Below, piece after piece: positions 36,338 to 44,857 of a DNA stretch of 53,843 bases (position 1 is its first letter; each line of letters begins with the position of its first letter). A program made the translations under genes and the position numbers. The DNA comes from Patescibacteria group bacterium (lineage in GTDB: Bacteria > Patescibacteriota > Microgenomatia > UBA10105 > UBA927), in contig DATKGN010000002.1 of NCBI GenBank assembly GCA_035510735.1, positions 69,275 through 123,117 on the forward strand, written 5' to 3'. The notes under the pieces are model-generated. The model had not been told where the DNA came from and searched no databases. It was given only the letters and a program-made list of their open reading frames with translations.

Positions 36338-37305
36338 CCGCTCATCCGAAAGTGAATAACAAAAAATTGGAAATTGGATCACTCGTTTATCGCATCTGCT
36401 TAAACGCAAAGAACGGTGAGAAAATCCTCATCGTCACGGATGCGGAAAAAATGCCGGTGGCATCGATATTTGTTCAGGCCGCAAAAACGTTTTCCAAAAA
36501 TGTACAGACCCTCATCCTTGAAGGGATGACCGAAAACGGGCAGGAGCCGTCTGAGGAAATCCGGGAAGCATTGTATTCAACCGATATCGCCATTCTGGTC
36601 ACGTCCTATTCCCTCTCGCACACGAAAACACGCCTTGAAGCAAGTGCGCGCGGCGCGCGGATTATCAGCATGCCGGGAATTACAAATGAAATTATGAACC
36701 GGTCAATCGACGTTGATTATGCCGATCAGACAAAGCGAACCGATGCATTACAGGAATATTTAACAAAAGGAAACTCAGTGACTATCCGGTCGCCGGGCGG
36801 AACAGATGTGACATTCTCAATTAAGAATCGTGTGGGATTCGGCGATACCGGTCTATGTACAAATCCGGGCGATTTCATTAATTTACCCGCGGGTGAAGCA
36901 TTCATCGCACCCGTTGAAGATTCGGCCCGGGGAATGATTGTTTTTGATGGAGCTATTGCCTCAATTCCACTTGATAAACCCATTACACTAACACTCAAGA
37001 ACGGAACTATCGAGTCGCTTGCAGGCGGCACAGCGGCACATATATTTGGAGAGCGCTTGGATTCGGTCGGCCCCAAGGCCAGAATTATCTGCGAATTTGG
37101 CATTGGCACCAATGAAAAAGCGATCGTCTCTCCTGAAATCCTTGAAGCAGAAAAAGTCTCCGGCACGTGCCACATCGCCTTCGGCAGGAATATCACGTTC
37201 GGCGGCACCAATGATGTCTCCTTTCACACCGACGGACTTATTTTGAAACCGACTATAATAATTGATAATTTGATAATCATGTCGAGTGGAAAACTATTAG
37301 GATAA
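36334..37305 (+). CDS. M29-family (AmpS/PepS-like) aminopeptidase
   Basis: The N-terminal pattern LVYRICLNAKNGEKILIVTD, later PGGTDVTF, NLPAGEAFIAP and HIAFG are typical of short M29 aminopeptidases. Confidence 0.7.
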   Translation: MTAHPKVNNKKLEIGSLVYRICLNAKNGEKILIVTDAEKMPVASIFVQAAKTFSKNVQTLILEGMTENGQEPSEEIREALYSTDIAILVTSYSLSHTKTRLEASARGARIISMPGITNEIMNRSIDVDYADQTKRTDALQEYLTKGNSVTIRSPGGTDVTFSIKNRVGFGDTGLCTNPGDFINLPAGEAFIAPVEDSARGMIVFDGAIASIPLDKPITLTLKNGTIESLAGGTAAHIFGERLDSVGPKARIICEFGIGTNEKAIVSPEILEAEKVSGTCHIAFGRNITFGGTNDVSFHTDGLILKPTIIIDNLIIMSSGKLLG

Positions 37306-37328
37306 TGAGATATAATCCTATAATAAAT

Positions 37329-37357
37329 TTGACAACACAAATTCCCCCTGGTATACT
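37329..37357 (+). promoter_or_regulatory. near-consensus sigma70 promoter TTGACA-17-TATACT
   Basis: aatTTGACAacacaaattccccctggTATACTccatg. Confidence 0.7.
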
Positions 37358-37362
37358 CCATG

Positions 37363-37603
37363 AACAATTTAATACAAAGCGTTAAGCGGAGTCACGATCC
37401 GCGAGCTGAAGGCCAAAATGCCTTACGGAGGCTTAAACCGTAAAAAGCAAGCAGACGATGTCGCAAGTACGCGGAGTCGCCATAAAGAGTTTCGAATTTG
37501 CAAGAATTCGGAAAATAAGGATGGGACCGCGGGAGGCCCTTTTTTGATGCCTCCCGTTCCTTTTTCATCACGTTTGTGGTGACTTAGGAACGGGAGGTTT
37601 TTT
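37363..37603 (+). promoter_or_regulatory. T-box riboswitch leader, predicted tRNA-His specific
   Basis: AAUAAGGAUGGGACCGCG compared with T-box AAnnnGGGUGGNACCGCG. Antiterminator is AAGGA-[UGGGACC bulge]-GCGGGAGGC...GCCUCCCGU-UCCUU (37517-37562). The competing terminator shares the 3' strand. Stem III-like hairpin CGAAUU-UGCAAG-AAUUCG at 37493-37510. Confidence 0.8.
37550..37603 (+). terminator. T-box intrinsic terminator
   Basis: CCTCCCGTTCCT (37550-37561) pairs perfectly with AGGAACGGGAGG (37586-37597), followed by TTTTTT. Confidence 0.8.
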
Positions 37604-37827
37604 GATGGTTCGTTGGCAAACAAGTTCATATTTGTGAGCTTACGAGCCGATCAATCCTCCTTACGTCGCTCTTTGAACTGCGCTACGAATAGCAGGTAAG
37701 GTGAGAAGAAAGACGAGGAGGATATCGATATTGGTGGCAGTCATTCAATCGGTAGGATGTCAGGCTGTGAACCTGAACATGCGGGATCGTCCCCCGCCAG
37801 CCACCCCAAAGAAAGGAGGTGATATAT

Positions 37828-38238
37828 ATGGGAGAAAAAAATAATATAATTATTGATCGACTAACTGGAAAACCGTTTGGATATCGGGATGATTCTGATG
37901 CGGGTATCGCAGGAGAATTGATGGGTTGGTCTATAAAAGACATAGAACAAAAAGCTTTGAGAATGGGCAAACAATTCAAACCAAATCCCGAAATAATCAA
38001 TCGTTTACAAACAGATTTAGACAGTGGAGCGATTGTTTTATTTGACGAAGTTGATGTTGCGAAGGCGTTCCAATATGGAATTGTAGCGCTTGAAGAGGTG
38101 CCAGATCTCTTTAATCTTGTTGGTATTAAAGGATTAAATGATGTGGGAATCATTCCACCTCAAATCGTCTCAGAGAGAATTGATCCAGCTAGAAAAGGAG
38201 CTCTTGTTTCGTGGTTACTCACGAACCAGAGTTGTTGA
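37828..38238 (+). CDS. hypothetical 136-aa protein between the T-box and hisS
   Basis: SD AAGGAGGTG lies 8 nt upstream of ATG 37828. No recognisable motif. Confidence 0.65.
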   Translation: MGEKNNIIIDRLTGKPFGYRDDSDAGIAGELMGWSIKDIEQKALRMGKQFKPNPEIINRLQTDLDSGAIVLFDEVDVAKAFQYGIVALEEVPDLFNLVGIKGLNDVGIIPPQIVSERIDPARKGALVSWLLTNQSC

Positions 38239-38321
38239 GTTCCTCCTCCGCCGAAGTACAAGGCGGAGGGAGAAAACAATAAAAACACTTGTTCTCATTA
38301 CAAATTGTTGCTACGATGAAA

Positions 38322-38350
38322 GGTAGCATTCGCTTAAAGCTTCGGCTACC
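38322..38350. repeat. family-1-like palindromic element just upstream of the hisS SD
   Basis: GGTAGC A TTCGC TTAAA GCTTC G GCTACC. Confidence 0.6.
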
Positions 38351-38362
38351 GAAGGAGAAAAT

Positions 38363-39577
38363 ATGAACAAAGTACAAACACTTAAAGGATTTCGGGATTT
38401 TTTACCGATAGAAGCAGCTAAACGCAAATGGCTGAGAGATAAGCTTGCTTCCATCTGTGAACAGTGGGGATTTGCACCGCTCGAAACACCCACGTTGGAA
38501 CCTCTTGAGCTTTTTACCGGACAAATCGGGGAAGATGAAAAACTTTTTTTCAAATTTAAAGACCAGGGAAATCGGGATGTTGCACTTCGGTATGACCAGA
38601 CAGTTCCGTCGTGTCGTGTAGTTGCAGAGTATCAAAACACATTAACATTTCCATTCAAACGCTATCAAATTCAACCGGCATTCCGGGCCGAAAAACCGCA
38701 AAAAGGACGCTACAGGGAGTTTATCCAGTGTGATGCTGATATATATGGTATCAAAACGCCGGATGCTGACGCTGAAACAATCGCGTTATCGTTGGATATT
38801 TATAAACAATTAGGATTTACCAAAGTGATTGCAAAAATTAGTTCCCGGTCTCTTCTTAAAAATATCCCCTATAAGGCGATTGTCGCGATTGATAAAATTA
38901 AAAAAATCGGTGCCGACGGCGTCATTGCGGAAATGATCGGCAAAGGCATCGCAGAAGCTGAAGCACGTGAATATCTTTCCATCGTTACAAATCTAAAACC
39001 AAATGAAGAACTAAAAACAATATTTGGGTATTTGAAAACATATGGATTCCCTGATGATTGGTACGAATTTGACCCGTCAATTGCCCGATCTTTTTCTTAC
39101 TCTGTCGGGCCTATTTGGGAGGTTGTCATTCCTGAATATGGTGCTTCATCTGTATTAGGCGGCGAACGGTATGACGGAATGCTGGAAAAGTTCGCAGGAA
39201 AAGATATTGGTGGAACGGGATTTGCTCTCGGATTTGATCGAACGCTCGAAGCAATGGATGCATGTGGATTATTACCTTACATGGCAAATAATACGCAAAT
39301 ACTCATCACAATTTTTGCACCGCAATTGTGGGATGAAGCAATAAAAACGAGTTCAGTTCTTAGAAAATCTAATATTTATACAGAACTCTATACAGATCCA
39401 AACGCTAAACTTGAAAAACAACTCAAATACGCGGATAAAAGGGGCATCCCATATGTCATCATTCAGGGTCCTGATGAAGCAAGCCGAGGAGTCGTGAAGC
39501 TTAAAACGATGGCGACGAAGGAACAGGTTGAGCTTACAATTGATCAACTTATTGATAAGCTGACCCGCGCCGAATAA
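38363..39577 (+). CDS. hisS: histidine--tRNA ligase
   Basis: LKGFRDFLP, motif 2 FRAEKPQKGRYREFIQCDADIYG, motif 3 GTGFALGFDR. Confidence 0.9.
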   Translation: MNKVQTLKGFRDFLPIEAAKRKWLRDKLASICEQWGFAPLETPTLEPLELFTGQIGEDEKLFFKFKDQGNRDVALRYDQTVPSCRVVAEYQNTLTFPFKRYQIQPAFRAEKPQKGRYREFIQCDADIYGIKTPDADAETIALSLDIYKQLGFTKVIAKISSRSLLKNIPYKAIVAIDKIKKIGADGVIAEMIGKGIAEAEAREYLSIVTNLKPNEELKTIFGYLKTYGFPDDWYEFDPSIARSFSYSVGPIWEVVIPEYGASSVLGGERYDGMLEKFAGKDIGGTGFALGFDRTLEAMDACGLLPYMANNTQILITIFAPQLWDEAIKTSSVLRKSNIYTELYTDPNAKLEKQLKYADKRGIPYVIIQGPDEASRGVVKLKTMATKEQVELTIDQLIDKLTRAE

Positions 39578-39664
39578 TTCTCTCCCCTTTTCGATGTTCA
39601 CTAATTGTTATATTGTTAAATTGTTCTATTATTTTTAGCAATATAACAATAGAGCAATAAAACA

Positions 39665-40726
39665 ATGAAGTTCTCTAAAATTCAAAAGGCGTTCATTGCA
39701 ATCATTGTAGCCAATATTATCTGGGGAGCTGCGGCTCCGATATTTAAAGTCAGTCTTACGAATATTCCACCGTTTACACTTGCTTTTTGGCGGTTTTTTA
39801 TCGGCGCTCTCGTCCTTCTGGCATTCTTGGGGAAAAAGGCTGCACTTCCGAAGCTTTCCCACAAGGATTGGCTGTATCTTTTGGGCTATTCAATTTCGGG
39901 AATTACTATAAATATCATGTTCTTTTTCTGGGGACTACAACGGACCTATTCCATTAACGCTCCGGTGATCGCGTCAGCAGGACCCATCCTTACGTATATT
40001 CTTGCCATGTTTTATCTCAATGAAAAATTTAACTGGAAACGGCTCTGGGGTATGCTCATCGGATTCGGCGGCATTATCCTTATCGTCCTTGAACCCATCC
40101 TCAAAACCGGTCTTCACGCCTCAATCATAGGCAATACATGCCTCGTGATCGCCACGTTGGGCGCCGTCGTCCAAAACATCATCGGGAAAGAAGTGTTTCC
40201 CCGGCTCGAACCCTTTGCATTCACCTTCTGGTCATTTATCATCGGAGCCGCGAGCTTCCTTCCCGTTGCTTTTTGGGAATATACCAAAAATACGCATCTT
40301 TATACGACGATTGATATCCGAGGCTATATGGGTGTGGCGTTTGGTGCTCTTCTCTCAAGCGCTGCGGGCTATAGTCTCTTTGCCTGGGGTTTATCAGTGA
40401 TAAGCGCGTCTGATGCAGCGCTATTTACCTATATTGACCCCGTCGTCGGAAGCAGCCTGAGCTTTTTTTTCCTCCACGAACCGATTACCAGCTATTTTGT
40501 TTTGGGAACTCTCCTTATCTTCGGCGGCATCTTTGTCACGGAAGGCCGCATCAATTACCATCCGTTCCATAAATTCCGGCCTCCTGAGGCGAAACCGATC
40601 CCCGCGCCCGCAGCCCCACCCGTTCCGGTCGCAAACGAGCCTGAGCGTCCCCAGAAAGATACTCATGAGGTCGTCGCTTCCCTCTTCACCCGCGAGGCCA
40701 CGCTAGACAGTGATAAGGCTAAATGA
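39665..40726 (+). CDS. EamA/DMT-family transporter with Pro-rich C-terminal tail
   Basis: Ten TM segments in two EamA-like halves. Tail is PPEAKPIPAPAAPPVPVANEPERP. Confidence 0.8.
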   Translation: MKFSKIQKAFIAIIVANIIWGAAAPIFKVSLTNIPPFTLAFWRFFIGALVLLAFLGKKAALPKLSHKDWLYLLGYSISGITINIMFFFWGLQRTYSINAPVIASAGPILTYILAMFYLNEKFNWKRLWGMLIGFGGIILIVLEPILKTGLHASIIGNTCLVIATLGAVVQNIIGKEVFPRLEPFAFTFWSFIIGAASFLPVAFWEYTKNTHLYTTIDIRGYMGVAFGALLSSAAGYSLFAWGLSVISASDAALFTYIDPVVGSSLSFFFLHEPITSYFVLGTLLIFGGIFVTEGRINYHPFHKFRPPEAKPIPAPAAPPVPVANEPERPQKDTHEVVASLFTREATLDSDKAK

Positions 40727-40741
40727 TATAATAATTCTCTT

Positions 40742-41050
40742 ATGAAAGCGGCAATTCATCCACAATGGTATAACGATGCAAAAGTCAGTTGTGCCTGCGG
40801 TAACAGCTTCACAGTCGGCGCGACAAAGCCGGAGCTCCGTGTGGAAATTTGCTCGAAATGCCACCCCTTCTACACAGGCGAGATGAAATTCGTCGACACG
40901 CTGGGACGGGTTGAAAAGTTTAAACAGAAACAGAAAGCCGCACTGGTAACATCAGCTCAGCTTGCCGATAAAAAGAAAAAGAAAGAAGAGCACGTAAAGT
41001 CCCTACGGAACCAGAAATCCCTCAAAGAAATGTTAATGGGACTGAAGTAA
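40742..41050 (+). CDS. rpmE: ribosomal protein L31 with a ~35-aa Lys-rich C-terminal extension
   Basis: [10 protein letters not shown]...CACGNSF...[10 protein letters not shown], then [26 protein letters not shown]. Confidence 0.9.
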   Translation: MKAAIHPQWYNDAKVSCACGNSFTVGATKPELRVEICSKCHPFYTGEMKFVDTLGRVEKFKQKQKAALVTSAQLADKKKKKEEHVKSLRNQKSLKEMLMGLK

Positions 41051-41068
41051 TATAGTAAACTTAGAGCA

Positions 41069-41114
41069 TTAGAGATTAGAGTTTAGTTAATTATATACTT
41101 TTACTAATCTCTAA
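41069..41114 (+). terminator. AT-rich 11-bp hairpin after rpmE
   Basis: TTAGAGATTAG...CTAATCTCTAA with a 24-nt loop and no clean U-tract. Confidence 0.3.
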
Positions 41115-41140
41115 ACTCTAAACCCTAAACTCTAATTCAT

Positions 41141-41269
41141 ATGAACCCCGATATTGCTATTATGGAATTCCGTCCCGGCCCCGGTGGAGAGGAAGACTTG
41201 ACTGGTTACTTAACGAGCGGATTCCTATTCGCGAGTTTAGGAACCATCAATGCGACATGGGCAAATTAA
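41141..41269 (+). pseudogene. decayed duplicate of the 5' end of the release-factor gene
   Basis: The 42-aa ORF MNPDIAIMEFRPGPGGEED... shares a perfect 31-bp repeat (gaattccgtcccggccccggtggagaggaag, 41165-41195) with the real gene (41298-41328), then diverges. Confidence 0.6.
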
Positions 41270-41273
41270 TTTT

Positions 41274-41972
41274 ATGAATACAGATGTAGCTATATTAGAA
41301 TTCCGTCCCGGCCCCGGTGGAGAGGAAGCTAGAATTTGGGCCAACGATCTTATGCGGATGTACACGCGGTATGCGAGTATATTGGGATGGAAAGTCGAGC
41401 AGTTAAGTGATACGGCAATTCGGATTAAAGGCACGGAAGCCTTCACCAAATTACAATACGAGGCAGGCACCCACAGGGTCCAGCGCGTCCCCACAACCGA
41501 GCGCCAGGGGCGTATTCACACGTCAACGGCCACAGTTGCAGTACTTCCTGAAATCCCTGAAACAGAGGTCTATATACGGCCAGAGGATATCATATGGGAA
41601 TTCTACCGGAGCGGGGGTAAAGGCGGCCAAAACGTTAATAAAGTAAGCTCAGCCGCACGAATCCGTCACAAAGCGACGGGAATTGTCGTCTCCTGCCAGA
41701 CGGAGCGCGATCAATACCAGAACCGCCAGATGGCCCTTTCGATGCTCCGCGCAAAACTCTGGGAGCTCAATGAACTCAAAGCAGCAGCAGCTCTTGGCGC
41801 AGCACGTAGCGTTATCGGCCGGGGCATGCGGGCCGAAAAAATCCGGACGTACAACTTCCCCCAGAACCGCGTCACCGACCACCGGATCAACAAATCATGG
41901 CATAATCTCGAAGATATTATTGAAGGAAAAATGCAAAAAGTCACCGACGCGATGATCACATCTCAGGCATAA
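41274..41972 (+). CDS. prfA: class I peptide chain release factor, RF1-type, lacking N-terminal domain 1
   Basis: EFRPGPGGEEARIWANDLMRMY (start of domain 2), RVPTTERQGRIHTS (PxT), SGGKGGQNVNK (GGQ), RTYNFPQNRVTDHR. Only 232 aa, whereas E. coli RF1 (which I aligned from memory) has roughly 100 more residues N-terminal to this point. Confidence 0.8.
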   Translation: MNTDVAILEFRPGPGGEEARIWANDLMRMYTRYASILGWKVEQLSDTAIRIKGTEAFTKLQYEAGTHRVQRVPTTERQGRIHTSTATVAVLPEIPETEVYIRPEDIIWEFYRSGGKGGQNVNKVSSAARIRHKATGIVVSCQTERDQYQNRQMALSMLRAKLWELNELKAAAALGAARSVIGRGMRAEKIRTYNFPQNRVTDHRINKSWHNLEDIIEGKMQKVTDAMITSQA

Positions 41973-41978
41973 AAACCG

Positions 41979-42016
41979 ATTCCCGCCTTCCTGCCTGCGC
42001 AGGTGGGCGCGGGAAT
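41979..42016. terminator. GC-rich hairpin (family-2-like, ...GGGAATGACA) between convergent prfA-like and htrA genes
   Basis: ATTCCCGC...CCTGCGCAGG...GCGGGAAT, followed by GACA. Confidence 0.5.
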
Positions 42017-42025
42017 GACAAGAGG

Positions 42026-43228
42026 CTATTGATCCGCCTGATTCCCCAATACAAGTTTAACCGTTATCGTCTTTCCATCACGGTCAAGCGTGATATCAAG
42101 CGTATCCCCCACTTTTTTATTTGATATGAGCGACGAAAGTTCCGCATTCGTTCCCGACAACCGCGTGCCATCAATATTCGTGATGATATCCTGCACTTGT
42201 ATTCCCGCTTTATCGGCAGGTGAACCCTGGATGACGTCCATGATGTACGCTCCCTCTGGCACATCATTGAGTATCGCCACATCCTTGGTAACAGTTTTAT
42301 ACCGTACCCCTAAATATGGCCTGTTAAACTGGCCGGTTTGGTTAAAGTTGGTTATCGCATCCCGTATGACGTTTATGGGAAGCGCAAACCCGATATTCTG
42401 ACCTTCCTGGGAAACCGCAGTATTGACGCCAACGACCTGACCGCTGCTGTTGAGGAGTGGCCCTCCGGAATTGCCCGGATTTATCGCAGCACTGGTCTGA
42501 ATGACGTTATCAAGCTTTTCCGCCGCCCCTTCAAGCGGGCTCCCTGCGGTAATCCCCCGGCCGATACCGGAGACGACACCAGTCGTCACCGTGTTTCGAA
42601 ATTCACCAAGCGCTGTGCCGATCGCAATAGCGAGCTGGCCTACTTGAATTTTACTTGAATCCCCCATCTCGACAACCGGTAGACCTGATGCGTTAATTTT
42701 TAAGATTGCAAGATCGTTGACCGGATCGCGGTAAATCTTTGTAACGTCATAGGTTTTGTTATCTTTGGTAATGATCCTGTATTTGCCTAACGTATCGGCA
42801 ACCACATGTTTATTGGTGACAATAAGCCCGTCAGACGCCACAACGAAGCCGCTCCCGATATCCTGTTCAGCATTTTGTGAGGGGCTTGGGGTCGGAGTCA
42901 GATCAAGGGGCGACAGTTGGTTAAACGGATCGAATTGAAATAAATCCCCGAGATTACTACTGGCTGTCTGAGTGATTCCGACCGTCACGACGGCCGGGGA
43001 AACCTTATTGACAACGTTGATGACAACGGATTCTTCACTCACGACACGCACATTTTGGGGCTCGGGTATTTGACTCTGTATCTTTGATGTCACGGGGATG
43101 CGAAGTATACGGCTCACAAAATCCCAATTTAATCCAAACAGTCCTGAGCTTACGAACCCGCCGATAGCAAGGACGATAATTGCGACGAGAAGTAATGACC
43201 GTTTATAATTCGGTGAATTTATAGCCAT
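42026..43228 (-). CDS. HtrA/DegP-family serine protease with one PDZ domain
   Basis: TNKHVV (His), DLAILK (Asp), GNSGGPLLN (Ser), C-terminal PDZ domain. N-terminal TM anchor. Confidence 0.85.
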   Translation of the reverse strand: MAINSPNYKRSLLLVAIIVLAIGGFVSSGLFGLNWDFVSRILRIPVTSKIQSQIPEPQNVRVVSEESVVINVVNKVSPAVVTVGITQTASSNLGDLFQFDPFNQLSPLDLTPTPSPSQNAEQDIGSGFVVASDGLIVTNKHVVADTLGKYRIITKDNKTYDVTKIYRDPVNDLAILKINASGLPVVEMGDSSKIQVGQLAIAIGTALGEFRNTVTTGVVSGIGRGITAGSPLEGAAEKLDNVIQTSAAINPGNSGGPLLNSSGQVVGVNTAVSQEGQNIGFALPINVIRDAITNFNQTGQFNRPYLGVRYKTVTKDVAILNDVPEGAYIMDVIQGSPADKAGIQVQDIITNIDGTRLSGTNAELSSLISNKKVGDTLDITLDRDGKTITVKLVLGNQADQ

Positions 43229-43263
43229 ATGATACCTGTCTTTACAACATGACTATGTGAGAT

Positions 43264-44547
43264 TTATTTAAATAATACCTCAATTGCTTTCCCGAGCTGC
43301 GCATCCATAGTCGCGGTAACAGAGTCAGATGGAATAATGATATTCGGTGTTATCCCTATTTTATTAATCCAATTGCCGCTCGGGAGGAGCCACTTACCGG
43401 TCGTAATGTGGAGCCCCGATCCGTCCGGCAGATCCTCAGGTGTCTGCACGGACCCTTTTCCAAATGAAACCTCGCCGACGAGCGTTGCGCGTTTATAATC
43501 CTTAAGCGCTCCCGATACGATTTCAGCTGCCGATGCGCTGCCTTTATTGATAAGAACGACCATAGGAATCGTAAGGAGCTGCCCTTTATGGTCGACGGGA
43601 TAATTCTGTTTAGAGCCGTCGCTATTCACCTGAGAGACAATAGTCCCCGACGGAATAAATTCACTTGCAATATGAACAGCGCTTTCAAGGTACCCACCCG
43701 GATTATTGCGGAGATCAAACACTAATCCCTTTATTGAATGATCGGATGCGTACGCAGTCTCAACCTGCAAAACCCCTGCCGCCATTTCATCATTCGTATG
43801 ATCACCGAACTGGGAAAGTTTAATATAGGCAACTTTTCCGGATTTTCCTGCGAGCGCCGCCGATGAAGGCGTCCCTGCAATCTCCGGTATATCGCTAAGC
43901 TCTTTGATCCATGTATCAACCGTCGAAACGGTAATCGTATCCCTTACTATGGAAATATCAATGGGTTTCGTATCGGTTTCATGGAGAATCTGAAGTTTAA
44001 CCGTCGTCCCCTTCGGACCCCGAATCTTTAAGACAGCCTGCGCGACCGTCCAGCCTGCAGTCGATACTCCGTCTACTTTTAATATATAGTCTCCGGGGCG
44101 GATACCTGCTTTTTCCGCAGGATTACCCTTCAGCGGCGTCTGAATGATGACGTTGCCGTCTTTCATATCAAGCTGAGCCCCGATACCCGTAAATTGACCG
44201 CTTAGATTATCCTTGAAATCCGTGTTGTCGTGGGGAGGAAGGAATAGTGTATAGGGATCTCCGATAGCGCTCACCATGCCCCCGATCGCCCCATAGACCA
44301 TTTTTTGGGCATCCAGATTCGCGTGGTCTATATAGGAAGTGTTAAGCCGCTGCCAAACATCCCAGAAGAGTGAAAAATCGACATTGACGCCTGCGGGCTG
44401 CTGTTGGTTGACGACGACGCGCTTGTCAGGACTAATTCCCACGGTCGTTCCGCGGACGCCCAGATTGTACCCCACTCCCGCAGATAATAAACAAAGAGCG
44501 GCAATGACGATGTACGATCGGATTTTTGAAACTTCAACCGATTTCAT
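43264..44547 (-). CDS. S41-family C-terminal processing peptidase
   Basis: PDZ domain (GIRPGDYILKVDG), LRNNPGGYL, LINKGSASAAEI. Confidence 0.85.
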   Translation of the reverse strand: MKSVEVSKIRSYIVIAALCLLSAGVGYNLGVRGTTVGISPDKRVVVNQQQPAGVNVDFSLFWDVWQRLNTSYIDHANLDAQKMVYGAIGGMVSAIGDPYTLFLPPHDNTDFKDNLSGQFTGIGAQLDMKDGNVIIQTPLKGNPAEKAGIRPGDYILKVDGVSTAGWTVAQAVLKIRGPKGTTVKLQILHETDTKPIDISIVRDTITVSTVDTWIKELSDIPEIAGTPSSAALAGKSGKVAYIKLSQFGDHTNDEMAAGVLQVETAYASDHSIKGLVFDLRNNPGGYLESAVHIASEFIPSGTIVSQVNSDGSKQNYPVDHKGQLLTIPMVVLINKGSASAAEIVSGALKDYKRATLVGEVSFGKGSVQTPEDLPDGSGLHITTGKWLLPSGNWINKIGITPNIIIPSDSVTATMDAQLGKAIEVLFK

Positions 44548-44605
44548 AAGGGTATACCACCCATACTACCAAGAACAATAAGACCGCGTAAATGGGGAAA
44601 ATACC

Positions 44606-44845
44606 TTAGGCCCGAACCAAAAACGGCAGGAATGCGACGTGCCGCGCATACTTGATTGCCAGCTGCAATGACCTCTGATGCTTGCTGCAAATACCCGTCC
44701 TGCTCCGTCCTAAAATTTTACCGCGCTCCGTTATATACTTGGACAGGAGCATGGTATCTTTGTAATCGGGCTCAATTTTGTTGTTGCAAAAATGACAATT
44801 TTTGGCAACCGGTCGTAATTTTTTTGTAAATCTGCTTGATCTCAT
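44606..44845 (-). CDS. rpsR: ribosomal protein S18
   Basis: [59 protein letters not shown]. Confidence 0.93.
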   Translation of the reverse strand: MRSSRFTKKLRPVAKNCHFCNNKIEPDYKDTMLLSKYITERGKILGRSRTGICSKHQRSLQLAIKYARHVAFLPFLVRA

Positions 44846-44857
44846 AAATTTTCTCCT

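Noticed and set aside
37363-37603. The promoter-driven structured RNA considered as tmRNA, SRP RNA or 6S RNA.
   Set aside because: There is no tRNA-like 3' end or tag ORF ending in a hydrophobic tail, and no SRP domain IV motif. The T-box sequence plus the antiterminator/terminator geometry explains the region.
37423-38153. Minus-strand track ORFs 37423..37629 (68 aa) and 37683..38153 (156 aa).
   Set aside because: They lie antisense to the T-box leader and to the SD-preceded 37828..38238 ORF, and have low-complexity, Cys/Ser/Pro-rich composition.
41141-41300. RF2-style programmed +1 frameshift joining ORF 41141..41269 (frame 0) to 41250..41972 (frame +1).
   Set aside because: There is no CUU UGA C slippery/stop site or upstream SD-like stimulator. 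The protein is RF1-type (PxT). The upstream ORF is a sequence duplicate of the downstream start rather than a distinct N-terminal domain.
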